Below, one piece after another: positions 1-12,300 of a DNA stretch of 60,251 bases. The stretch is from Ionaspis alba. Its lineage: Eukaryota. Both the position numbers and the translations under genes were made by a program. Numbering within the stretch: position 1 is the first letter of the stretch; every line of letters begins with the position of its first letter. The notes beneath the pieces were generated by a model that worked only from the letters and a program-made list of their open reading frames with translations, was not told the origin of the DNA and made no database searches. The stretch spans positions 1 through 60,251 of the forward strand of contig CAXUUL010000026.1 of the NCBI GenBank assembly GCA_964255285.1, in the 5' to 3' direction.

Positions 1-359
1 CTCCCCGCTCGCCCCCCACCTCGCCCGCCACGCCGCGCAAACATCTCACTATCGCTGTCACTCGTGAATCCAGAGGTGTCAGAATCAGTATCACGGTAGA
101 GACCGCCAGGGCCCGGGTCACGGCCGAATGATCCACCTGGGTGAAATGGTCCACCCCGACCACGGCCGCCGTAGCCGCCGGGAGTCATGTGGTTGGCATG
201 ACTGTGGCCTGTATTGCCACCGCGACCAAGGGCTTCCATCATTCTTCCCATTCTTTCGTGGCGTGCATCGAGCCAGGGGGTTCCTTCGCGCTGGGGATGG
301 CGGTTGGTAGGACCGCCGCCTGCCCTAGAATCGCTCATAGCAGGGTAGCCTCGATTCAT
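1..359 (-). CDS. Partial (runs off left edge) Gly/Arg-rich RGG-type low-complexity protein, unknown function
   Basis: Stop-free frame from ATG 359: MNRGYPAMSDSRAGGGPTNRHPQ...GGYGGRGRGGPFHPGG...ARRGGRGGGQRG. A at -3 and a TATA-like element (TATAAA, minus strand) near 515. Not in the ORF track because it has no stop in the window. Confidence 0.6.
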   Translation of the reverse strand, partial: MNRGYPAMSDSRAGGGPTNRHPQREGTPWLDARHERMGRMMEALGRGGNTGHSHANHMTPGGYGGRGRGGPFHPGGSFGRDPGPGGLYRDTDSDTSGFTSDSDSEMFARRGGRGGGRAG

Positions 360-859
360 GATATGCTTGAGTTTGAGGGGCAGCTGCAGATAGGTCGAAG
401 TTCGTCGAAACAACGAGAGAATTCCAATAACAGATGTATCAATGTTATGTAGGATCCAGGACGAGTGCTTTCGGGCTTGCTGTTTTAAAGGGGAACCCTC
501 GAAATCTGAAAGCTTTATAGAGATGGCAGATAAGAAGAGCGAAGGGAAATCGATTGAATCATAGAATGGACGTCATAAGTGGACTACCAGGGACACTAAA
601 AGTCTTGTTGACTGTACAACGGTCAAGAAAATGAGCCCCGATGGTGATGAACGAGCTGTATGAGTGATACATAGCAAGATCAGGTAGTAGAATGGATGTA
701 GCGAACAATGATGATGAAAATTCGTCTTTCTTATGACCTTGTTGAGGAAATCTTAGCGGACCATCGGAAAGCGTCAGCATCTTCACATTGCCGTCTTGCT
801 CATAAATTATATCTGATCCGACACATACTGCCTTCTGTGTCACTGTTCCACCTACCACT

Positions 860-3089
860 TTAGAAGCGAACCATCCGTGACATATCCATCACTATTTTTC
901 CAGCCAGCTCTGGTCCAATGCAGGCCACGAACTCGGCCACTACTCCTTGCAGAGTGCGGCAGTCACCCATCTCCTCGCTATCCCATTCTCCCAGCGCGTC
1001 CTGAATCGGTGACAGTCAGCATCTAGATGACAATTTGACATCGGGGTCCAAAGCAGAGATTCTCATACTCGCCGGAACCGATAAATGAGGATTGTCACTC
1101 ACCGCTAGGTTCAACCTCATGCTACCAACCTGTATTTCAAGATCCTCCAGGCTCACCTGTTCTTCCACTTGCGCAACCGTCATCACACCAGGCATATTGT
1201 TTCTGAAGGCCGAGGCTTTATCATATTCGGAGACCGCACCGTGGTTGTCGCCGTTCAGGTAGTCCACATCGTCCGGTAATCTCCCTGCACTGGGTTCAAG
1301 TTCCAATTCAGGAGCTGCGTCGTTCTTGCCAGATGTTTCGTCATCTTTACTGCTGTTTGTAGAAGCCAGAATACCGAGACGGCGATCGCGAGAGTTTGAG
1401 ACATAGCGCCTGGCGGATAAGCGTGCCAGATAGTCCTTGTCTAGAGGACCCCAGTCGTATGTCTCCGGATCTACAAGGTACGGTGGTAAGCAGAGGAAGC
1501 CCGCATCATAGAATGTACTAACCGAGAACAAACGTAGGCGAGAAAGTAGCCTTATATCGCATCTTGATGCATGAGTGCACATAGAACCCTGCAAGTATAA
1601 GCTAGGGAAACTTCTTTTCGCTATCGTCAACGAGGACGAACCCATGTAATAATGCCCATAGCCTCCCTCGAGTGTATAGGCAATCTCATGCAGAGCACTC
1701 AGCTTACCAAATTCCCAGTCGCTTACTGACTCGTGATACCTGCCTCGACCCATTAGCAGCGAGTTCACTATATAGGCGTGCGTTTGCACCAACATCAGAT
1801 AAACCGAGCTTACACAGCCTGGCAACAAGTCCCAGACACCCATGGCAACAAGCCGCCCATCCAACCTGTAGCAGTGGTGGTAGGAGCCGAGCTTGCGTTG
1901 CATGCCATCTTGATCAACACTGCTCTGCCCAATCCCTGAACACAGAAAGGACCGGAAGCTCGATTTGGATATGCTCCCTGGCGGCTCTTTGTGTACTACT
2001 CGCTGATAGTTCTCGAATAAAGCATATCTAGAAAGTGTTTAGAGAACAGCCTCCAATAAGTCATGCATCGACATACTTCTCGTCCGTGAGCTTGTCAGGC
2101 TCTAGGTTTATCTCAAGTTTGTGCGCTGGCTGAATAGGTTTTTGGGTCTTGCGATCAGCTGGTCGCTTGATGTTCGAATACTCGGCCTCATGGATGACTG
2201 CGCACAAGTCGAAATGACTCTTCCGTCGCTTCTTCTGCCTAGAAAATGGACGTCAGACATCCGCAAGAACATAGATCTCGAAGAGAGCCAAGCAGCTGAG
2301 GTTTGAAGCATTATAACAAAGAGCAACGAACATACTGCCGTGTTTTCGGACATAGCTGGGCAACCTGATCGATGTAATTCTGGCCTAACACATATTTGTT
2401 GAAGCGGTTCACCGATTTACGTTGAGCCTTTGTTGGTCGAAACGCATTGGCGTCCAATCTACGGGAAAGCTGTCAGACCGTCTTTTTACTTGCACTTGAC
2501 TCGTTGATCATGCCTGATTGTGTAATGGGGACAACATGAATGGCGAACATCCGGCTTATAGTAGGTCGTGCCAGATCTATCAAGGATTAGTTGTTGGCCA
2601 CTCGAGGCAAGACGTGGAAATGGAGAGATGATACCTTCTCCAACCTCGATCTACGAGCTCTTTATAGTGGACAGGCTGTACTGATCTATTCGAAGAAGCA
2701 TAATAGCTAGCACCTTCGACAAATCAATGTCAGTCTAATCTATTATGTCTTAACGTCGCAGATGAGCAACATGGAAGGAAGTACGGGTTTTAGTCCTACT
2801 AGATGGATCCGACCGTGAACCACAATACCTGGGACAATTAGACTCCTTGCATCAACAAATCCTCGGTCTAACTTGCCCGCATGAGTTGTACTGGTACCCT
2901 AGGACAGTCCAATGTCAGCCGCGCTAGGCCCGACGATCGAATTTGATGCCTCAAAATAGGCGAGTTTGAGCCGCGATGAAGGAAATGGTTATGAACCAGC
3001 CATTGAAGCACGAGACCAAATGAAGAGCGACAAGTGGTTGAAATAAGGAACTCACCGATCGGAGACATGTAGGAGATGTACTGGTCCAT
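860..3089 (-). CDS. ATE1: Arginyl-tRNA--protein transferase (multi-exon)
   Basis: Spliced motifs GYQYNSCGYC, LVDRGWRRSG, CCPHYTIRLD, LGSYHHCYRLDGRLVAMGVWDLLP, YYMGFYVHSCIKMRYK; last exon ends at TAA 860-862. Confidence 0.93.
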
Positions 3090-3724
3090 AGTTGCAGCAC
3101 ACTCGTGCATGATCAACCTCCACAGCGGGAGCCAATGCGCTGGCACGAAGCAACCGGGGGAGAGCTATGGACTGATGGGCGAGTTCGGCACGCCACTGGA
3201 CAACGCCTGTGCACTAGGAAGATGCCTGATGCTGCTGGCGTGCAGTGGTACCGTCGTGTGTGGTGGTTCGAGAAGGTTGGAAATAGGCAACGAAGCTAGG
3301 AATACAGAGATGATAGAAGAGCGGCTCAAGTGCTCAAATGGAGTTATCTGGTATTGCTTGTCATTCGTATTCAACCTCGACGTCTTTGACGGTTTGAGCA
3401 GTAAGCGGCAAACTCGCCGTTCGCAACGAGATTATTGATTGACTGAAAGCACGAGAGAAGTCTGGTAGGACTGAGAACTGAAGAGCACAATGCATGCAGT
3501 GCTAGTAGAAACGCTTTGACCCTGCGATATCGTGTTTAGGTGCATCATCAGCGGTACGAGGGTGAATGGTTGTAGTCGGAGTGCTGGGATGGGGAAGGGG
3601 CACGCGTCGACCAACGCTTGTTTCCCCACGCGCTTTCATGCAGTCTTGCATGCTTCGGGCATTTCCAACCACCGCCACTGACTGCGTAGCGCCATAGAAT
3701 TGTCACTATGTCAGTTCAAATAGC

Positions 3725-3965
3725 GTGGGGATGTCTGCTTCTAGCCTGGGTTGATGACTATCCATCTGCGGTCATCGCAAATCCTGTATCAGGAGCACGC
3801 CCATTACATATTTGCTTGAAGCACCCCCACCGCCTATGTGGGTGCCTTGTGTAGACAACGGATATATTGGAACCCGTTGTCACCGGAAGCCGGGTAACAT
3901 CGCGGTCACTGTTGCTGCTCAAGGGAACGGATTGGGAAGGGAAGCTGAGCCTGGGGGACCTCCAC
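3725..3965 (+). ncRNA. Candidate structured non-coding RNA domain (unassigned family)
   Basis: Six adjacent hairpins enclosed by closing stems; wobble pairs read as G-U on the + strand. No recognisable family motif. Folded by eye only. Confidence 0.35.
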
Positions 3966-4783
3966 TACTGCGTGAGTATTATTGATTTTGACTCCACATA
4001 CCACCAGTATGGAGCAGAGGACCGATGCCGCAGCCAGCAGACTTGAGCCAACTCAATCACAATAGATTGAGTCACCCTCAACTCACTTCGACCTAAATAC
4101 TGCAGACCATGGCACTCATATAGTTTATAAAGTTCTAGAGACGACAGAAGGACCCTGAAAAAGAGCGAAGGACTCGCCGGTGGCGCCCCGTAATGGAGCA
4201 GCCGATTTAGGTGGAACAGGCCGCGGTGGCCGCCAAATCGTAGAGCCGAGCCAGCTAGAAACCCTCCCCGGAAAATGCAACCCCCGGCAGCAAAACACTC
4301 GGGCCACAGCGCAGCCAGGGCTCAGTATTCCACTGTCTCTAGCTAACCAAGGCTTGAGCCAGTCCACTCCACCCCACCGCCCAATTTTTTTCCCACACAA
4401 AAGCACCTCTCCCGTCGCAGCCAAGTTGCCTGAGCCTCCCCTCCGCATTGAATGTCCAAAATGTCTGCCTTCCCCTCCCCTCCCACCTTCAATCTCCTCC
4501 CTCCTCAGCCCCGTCCTCCACGGGTCTGAAGGGACGATCGCCATACAGACGGGATAAATCCCTACGTTCCTGCCACCTGGGTTCTGTAGCCCTCCACTCA
4601 TTCTTACGCTCTCTTGGCTTGACTCATTCTGACTGTCACCGCTGGTCGACCGCCTGACATACGGCACGCTATCAAAATATTCTCGTAGCCCAGTGCCTAC
4701 GACGTACCTCAGAATTCGTTTACTGTCCTGCCAATACCCAGAAGCTTCCGCTGCCAATTGCGGCGCTCAACCAATCCTTCGAC

Positions 4784-5393
4784 ATGTCCAAAGCCTTCTC
4801 TATGGCGGCTCGGACAGGCAGAGACAAGCAGCGTACGTACTCCAGAACGAGTCCTTTGCCTCCCCTACTTCATCTAAATCCTCACTCTTCCTTAAGAGCG
4901 CTATATCTGAGTTCTATAACCCATCCACAAAAGTAGATGAGGAACTGATGCTGAGTCCTTGATTCCAGGCTACTCCGAAGCCGGCGAACGCCTCGTCGCA
5001 GGCGTCGTTCCCCTCTCCGCCGACAAAACACGCGTCCTCCTCATCCAATCGACTCGGCGAGGCGGCTGGGTCCTTCCCAAAGGCGGCTGGGAAACCGACG
5101 AAACCTGTCAAGAGGCGGCGAAGCGTGAAGCCTGGGAGGAAGCTGGCGTGATTTGCACCGCGACGCGGGATCTAGGCTGGATTAGGGACGGGCGAACAGC
5201 AAAGGAGACGACACCCCAGGCTCCTCGTGCGCTTTTTCAGTTCTTCGAGGTCAGGGTTGATAGGGAGGAAGGGGAATGGCCGGAGAAACACAAGAGGGGG
5301 AGAATGTGGATGGCATTCAAGGAAGCGAAGGAGGCGTTAAAGGGCAGACCCGAGTTGTTGGAAGCGCTGGAGAAGAGTAGTATTGTCAGATAG
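4784..5393 (+). CDS. Nudix hydrolase, diphosphoinositol polyphosphate phosphohydrolase (DDP1/Aps1 family)
   Basis: ATG 4784, intron 4833-4968; ERLVAGVVPLS and Nudix box GGWETDETCQEAAKREAWEEAG; WPEKHKRGRMW. Confidence 0.9.
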
Positions 5394-6526
5394 TGAGGGC
5401 GGACCCGGCGTTGAGGCTTGCGCGAGAGGTGCTTCGATCGTCTTGGGGTGGGAGGAAAGACCGATTGAAGCGTGGGCTTGGGAGCTTGTGATGCCGGGTG
5501 AGGAGGTCAGACTTCGTCTCCAATGTGGGTGGGCGGTCAACTGCGGGCGTGTGCGGTCCTCATAGACTGGGTATTACCGCAACGATCTTGCTAAAAAAAA
5601 AAAAATTGGACATTTGCTTTGGGGGTCGCTTTCTGGTGTCTTCAACTCATCTCTGCTTAGATTTTCTCAATTCTCTAATGGGCCCGCCAGTAACGGACCA
5701 ATGCAATACAACTCATTCTAATGACCGCCATGTTTTGCTTGCCGAACATTAAGCAATTGAATCCCTGAAGAGCAATCGAGACCAGGGCATATGGTACTAT
5801 CTCTCGTTGTCGAATGAACCCATCTCTCGCTCCACTCAATAGATAGCCAGGATCAATCTTGTCATAACCTAACTTTCCTACCAAGAACCGTGGGGCAAGC
5901 TCGATCTCGCTAAGCAAGGTGAGTGATAGAACAAGATCCACCCTGCAATCAAAACAGAGAGTCGATTTAGCTAACCTGTCCTCTACACTAGCTAAGGTCT
6001 CGCTAGATGGCCTCCGGTGAAGCTGACCACCTCTCTTTCAATCAGCGGTTTTAGCGTAGAATATTGTATGGCACCCACCACGCTAGGACAACTGTGTCCT
6101 ATCTGGTAGGCAACCAAGCCCTATGATAGTCTATCAAAAGGCAAAGTCAGTCTTGTACCAACACCTTACTGCTGCAATTGTGGCAAACTTCCTCAACGAA
6201 GACAACGCAGACTTTTCAAGGCTTCACAATGAATGTGAGGCGATGCGGTATCGGTAGTGCTCGTACGGTACAGGAGTTATAGCATGACGCTACGAAGTTC
6301 TTTCCCAGCTCCGAGCATTCTTTCTTCGCACATTGACTACATCGGCACGCCATAGAGTGTATTCGTGACAACTTAAAGTTGTGCGTTCGCAAAACGCAGT
6401 CGAGCTGAGAAGTTGAAAGTGTAACCTACCACATAATCTCTGAGTCACGCGGTCATCTCCTTAATTGAGTGTTCGAAGCCAGTCTACGAGCTCGGAAATA
6501 CTGCCTCAGTTACCGTTTTCAGTCCT

Positions 6527-7567
6527 TCACTCTTCAAACTCGTCATCTTCGTCGGCTAATGGTACATCCATCACTCTTTCAGAGGCTTTCTCTAGTGTTC
6601 GTCGACTCCAAGCACGAACGCCCTTATATACACCCTACACAGGGTCAGTGATTCGTTCCGGATTGTTGAAACATGATACTCGTACCCATAGGAAGGTGCC
6701 AACCCCAATCAGGACCACTATCCAGCTAATGTTTGCCATTCGATCTCGTCCATTTGCTCCCGCCCGTGAACCACCACTCATAATACCAGAGCTTCTGAGA
6801 TTCCACCATTGCCATGGTGACAGTGCCAACAAGACTTTGATGAAACTCAACAGACCAAGAGATGCCAGACCTTTGAGAAAATGTTCCGTCCAAGTCGGCT
6901 CATCATCGTCCGATAGGATCAGCTCTATCTTGGTAGTGACCTTGGAGAGAGAGCCGGAAGCTAAGGTAGAATATGGATCGAGATAGAGATTGATGATAGG
7001 GTCAGCCACGAAGCCAAGAGCAAACATAGCAAAGAATAGTATGAATATCGTCAAGAAGATCTGGGTAGCTTTGCTGCTGATGGCCCGGCCCCAAGCCATT
7101 CTTTGTAGCCTGTACTGGAAGCCACATGTAGGGCATTGCCAGTAGTTCCGCTTCCCGTAATCGGGGTCGGCGTGCCTCCAAGCCTGAAGACATCCTTCAT
7201 GGACATATCTGGAGGAGCCCTTGCACTTACAAGGCCGGATGAGTCTTCCATTGGCTGGGTCTTCAGAGACATAAGTCACGGACGGTGAGGGATTTAGTAT
7301 TCCAGGAATGGTTGTAGATAGCGGACTAAAAGTTGGGAAGACTGTCTCAAGACATATCCTACAGGTCTTTGGAGGCCAAGATCTTGGTGATTTCGGAGCA
7401 TGCTGAGCTTTTGGTTCTACCTTCGGTTGGGGCCCTGACTCAGGAGGTGCCGGCTCATCTCGGAAAGTGCCTGGCATATGTTGTCCATGAGCATCTTGCG
7501 AATATCCTGCGGATGTTTGGGTGTCTTCTGGCCAATGCCAATTTTCTTTTGAATGTGCCGAAGCCAT
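6527..7567 (-). CDS. RING-CH (RINGv) finger membrane protein, putative E3 ligase
   Basis: CRIC...PCKCKGSSRYVHEGCLQAW...CPTC followed by hydrophobic segments; one intron near 6636-6685; last exon GVYKGVRAWSRR...EE*. Confidence 0.88.
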
Positions 7568-8012
7568 AGCTGTGGATAACCTCAACGACTATGTAGAGTC
7601 TCGCGTACCAAGAAAAGGAATTCTGGTATGCGAACAATGTGAGGGCTTTGGTAGACACGAGTGCAGGAATCAGCCCGTCAGTAGACCTCTGGATCCATTA
7701 ATGGGTTTTGGAAAAATGGTGCCCCCGATCTTGTCCCAAAAGATGTGGAGACATAACGAAGATGAGGCAACGTTGTCGAAACAACAGTGATGGAATGCTC
7801 TGGATTCCTCGGCCTCGGCACCGTTTTTAGACGCGGTCGAGTGGTGACCGGGATATGGTTAGCGTCGGTTATCTTGCCAAGAAACGCTAAGCTGGGGTTG
7901 CGCGTATCGAAGCTGCCTCAAGCTTGGAGCAGTTGGCGTTTATGATCATCATCTTCACCACCTTCGATTGACCACTTAGAAGTTCATCGGAAGCAACAGG
8001 TCGCTGTTCATC

Positions 8013-9078
8013 ATGGCAGATCGATATTCCTTTTCATTAACGACTTTCTCGCCCAGGTAAATCATCTCAGTCCAGTACTTTCTTCTTCACTAGTAAAAGC
8101 TAACTGTATGGACAGTGGAAAGCTAGTACAGATAGGTACGACGGTAGAATCTACTTCGGTCAAGGGAGAAAATCTTACATACCCGTAGAATATGCACTGA
8201 ATGCGGTAAACCAAGGTGTCACTTCGTTGGGAATCAAAGGTAGACCTCAAACAGTCGCATTCTCCGTGTCCTTCACAGGACTGACGCCGCAGACAGCAAC
8301 CAATGGAATCGTCCTAGCAACCGAAAAGAAGTCCTCCTCCCCGCTCATCGACCCTCCGTCACTCTCCAAAGTCTCCCTCATCACTCCAGACATCGGTATG
8401 GTTTATTCAGGCATGGGTCCCGATTACCGGATCCTCGTCGACAAGGCAAGAAAAGTCTCCCACACGGGTTACAAGCGAATATACAACGAGTACCCACCCA
8501 CCAGGATATTAGTCCAAGACGTTGCCCGCGTGATGCAAGAAGCCACGCAGTCCGGCGGAGTCAGGCCGTACGGTGTGAGTTTGCTCATCGCTGGCTGGGA
8601 CAACGGGATCGAGCCTGAGACGCAAGAGCTGGTTGATGAGGGAATTGAGACCGATGCTGAGAAGAAAAAGGCTTCGGGAAAGACTGGCGGGATATTCAAG
8701 GGAGGACCTAGCTTGTGGCAGGTCGATCCCAGTGGCAGTTATTTCCCTTGGAAGGCTACGGCTATTGGCAAGAGTGCTGCGAGTGCGAAGACTTTCCTCG
8801 AGAAGAGATATAAGGACGATCTGGAGCTTGAGGATGCCGTGCATATTGCTCTTCTGACGCTCAAGGAGACTATTGAAGGGGAGATGAATGGAGAGACTGT
8901 TGAAATAGGTAAGAATTTTATGGTCCGTTGATGTAGTCCAAGTTTCTGACATTATGCAGGGATTGTGGGACCACCGGCGGATCATCTATTGGGATACGAA
9001 GGCGTCGAAGGTGCTCAGGGGCCTAGATTTCGGAAATTAAGCAAAGAGGAGATAGAGGACTACTTGACCAATCTATGA
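8013..9078 (+). CDS. PRE8: 20S proteasome subunit alpha-2
   Basis: Spliced [28 protein letters not shown]..., [32 protein letters not shown]; four canonical introns. Confidence 0.96.
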
Positions 9079-9349
9079 TAGTGGGTTATTAGATAATTCT
9101 ACATTCAGCAGCTTAGCGCCCGTCTTCACTTTGGACGATAGATGGTGCACAACAAAGGTGTAAATTATCATGACGAATCGAGGAGAGGACGAATAACTCG
9201 AACTAATCCTCTGGAAATCTTGATAACCCAGCATACTAAACAAGAGAAGTTCCGATTTCATCAAGTCAAGCTAAATCGTCCACCGAGATTTATCAATCAT
9301 TACTCATCACAATATTTTGTGGGGTTCGTTGCAACCAACATTCAACATC

Positions 9350-12300
9350 CTAGTGCCTCTTGTAGTCTTTGTCACCATGTCCATTGTCTTCCAGTGTACG
9401 TCCACTCCCACATTCTACTCCCTCCATATCCTGACCAATTAGCCCTGTGCCGTTCACAACTGTGGGGGCCTTCAGGACCCGAATTGCCTCCTCCGCGGCC
9501 AGAGTCTCAATCTCAATTCGAGTCCTTCCACCACCAAGCACACAAGCCTCCCGCTCCCCGACCCATAGCCGGCAAGCATAGCCTCTCTCCTCAACTCCAC
9601 CTCTTCCACCTTCATCGTCCGCTTCTACAACCCAGACTTCATATTTGATCTTGTCATTCCCCGCAATAACACCCAACTCCTCCTTCGGATGCGTCATATG
9701 CAGACCTTCCTTCAGTACTCGTTCCAAATACTCTAGAATTCCGACATTCCTCAGGAAGCCTTCACACGCCTCTAAAGATCCAGAGGTATCGACATAGATA
9801 GCACCAATGATTGATTCTACAAGATCTGAAAAAAACTTGTCCGCGTCCAGCTTTACCAGCAGAGTCCACGGATAGGAGGTCCCTTGCGCAAACGCTTCTA
9901 GTATTAATGGCCGCAAAGTCTTGAATCGAGCTACGCATCGCTGTTGTGCAGCTGCCAGCTCTGCAGACCGTGAATGACGCATGAACTGCCAAATTGCAAG
10001 GGGAGAGGTCGTCTCGATAGAGGAGAAAGTGCCAGTGGAGTCTTCAACGACTTCATTGCGGGATATAGAGACGGAATGATCAAGACAGAAGAAGGCCAGG
10101 AAATTTGCATTGACTAGTGCTGTTCTGATGAGATGCATAGTGCCAGTAGGGAGAGAGGGTGTGCGGTGGAAAATTCTGGTGGTGACAATGAAATCAAGGA
10201 CAGCGTCGCCCAGGTACTCGAGGCGATCATAGGAGGGACTGGAGTTCGCGCCAGTGGCGAAATGTGAAGGATGAGTTAAGGCCGAGAAGAGAAGAGATCT
10301 GGTCGTGAATGTATGAGATATGAGAGTCTCCAGACGTGTAAATTCAGCTGGGAAGGTAACACAGGTATTTGGGGAGGTGGCCTCTGTCAGTCTTTTGTGG
10401 CATTCATCTAGAGATTGCCAGTTGATCTCAGGAAGAAAATTCGACAGACAAGCCAAAGCCTTGGAAAGACCGCCATCAAGGAATGCTGCACCGATCAGGG
10501 CTTCAACGACGTCTGCTAAGCTTTTGGTCGACAAATCTCGGCTTTCAGGAACCGCTTCCATGGGTGGACCAGAAACGTAGAGCGGGTGCCATTTGTGGCC
10601 AGTGAATGGCTTCGTAAGAATGAACTCATCAAGCCCGGTGGTCTGTGCCGCAACTGCTAGACGACCGTTCGAGACTATGTGATCCTTTTTACTCGACAAA
10701 TATCCTTCGTGCCAATTGAGATGGTCTGCCATTAGATTAAGAGAAGTCAGGAGCTTCAAAGTTGTATCGCCCATAAGCTCAATACGCTGCCAATTCGATG
10801 CTTCGCGAGCGGCAGACGCAGAGATCGCGGTAGTCACCAGATCCCGTCTGTGGAACGAGACTGGCTCGAGGATCGTCTTGCAAAGCCGGTCCGTAACGAA
10901 GGCTAGTTCAAGATGATGTATGATCGATGGAATGAATAAGGCAAACTGGGAATAGGAGAAAGACAATCTGTCTATTTCGCAGTTTTCAGCCACTAGATAT
11001 GAACGAGGAGGTTTTGTGTGGTCTCTCTGGGAATCCGTCGAGATCGGATGGAGGAAGTCCGCCCGTTTCGGTAATTTAGACACCTCGAGATGTAAGACAT
11101 CGTTAGAATCGCTACATTGATCTAGAACCATGCCATCACTTGGCTCGATTGAACTTGCTTTTCGATATTCTGTGCCGTGAAACACGTAACGAAGTCCGTT
11201 TTGTGAAGTGTCTCGAACCAGGCCAACTTCATGACAGCCCGGTTGGTGATGACCGATGTCGTTAGCGGATAATGTTCCGGTCATCTCCAGAAGCCACAGC
11301 TGGAGAGCTGCCGTACCTTCTAGTGCTGGAATAAAGAGGAAAAGAAAGTCGGATTTACTTTCGTCCATTCTGTAGCCATATATTGCTGACAGGATTAACT
11401 TCGTGATGCTCTTGGCGGCAATAATATACTGTGCGTCGTAGGGTACCGTCTCCAAATGTGCTATCTTGACTTCGAGGATGACATCGGAGTCGAGGTACAT
11501 GGTGAATTGTGGTATAGGAGGTAGAGAGCATGGAGACAACATGATCATAGGCACAACAGATGTCATGCTTGAATTGATGTTGATTCTATACTTCCATATC
11601 TTCGCATCCAATTGCCAGGAGACCATGGTGAAAGGATTGAGTTGAGAATGAACAGAGACCATGGCGGGTCGCTTTGCAACCTCAGCATAGGCTTCTGCGG
11701 CGGCAGCGTCATAGCCTTTGAGCGGAAGGAGGTTATCATTCACCAATCCAGCTTCATAAAGTGCAACATAAGCTTCGAAAGCAACATCACGCCGTGCCGC
11801 TTTCTCTGTTCGCCATCCTGTCTTACTGCGAAATTCTCGGACTGAAGAATCCACGCAAGCGGGTAGGGAGACCGTCCCGTAGATGCCTTCCATGTGTCTG
11901 TCTCCTTCAAAATTGAAGATGGGTCTCAAGTCGGCATACTGGGTGGCGGGAAGTGTAGAACAGAAGTGGTGAAGATGTTGCGGTGCTTCATGGGAAGTAA
12001 TCCTTGCACCAGTCGTCTTGACATGAAAAGTCTTTGATTCTTCCTCTTCGGCTTCCTCCTCCTCAATGTGTTTGAGCTCCCTCATCTCATCCATGTACAT
12101 CTGTTTCATCTGCTGCTCTAAATCCTCCCAAGTGGTCAAGGCCGCCATCGAGCCCTCTTCAAGCATGATGATATATTTGGATCGAGACTTTCTCGCTCGT
12201 CCCCTTCTTTGAATGAAGGATTTTAAGTTGGGGGGAGCCTCGAAGCAAATCACCACGTTGCAAGCAGAAACATCAATGCCTTCCTCCAGTATACTTGTGG

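Noticed and set aside
4125..4757. 210-aa minus-strand ORF and overlapping 125-aa plus-strand ORF
   Set aside because: No recognisable domain; they arise from GC-rich and pyrimidine-rich leader sequence upstream of the Nudix gene.
3090..4783. Canonical TTAGGG-type telomerase RNA in the 1.7-kb ATE1-Nudix gap
   Set aside because: I found no CCCTAA or TTAGGG on either strand and no ATAAGT 3'-processing site; only a non-canonical-template version is kept, as speculation.
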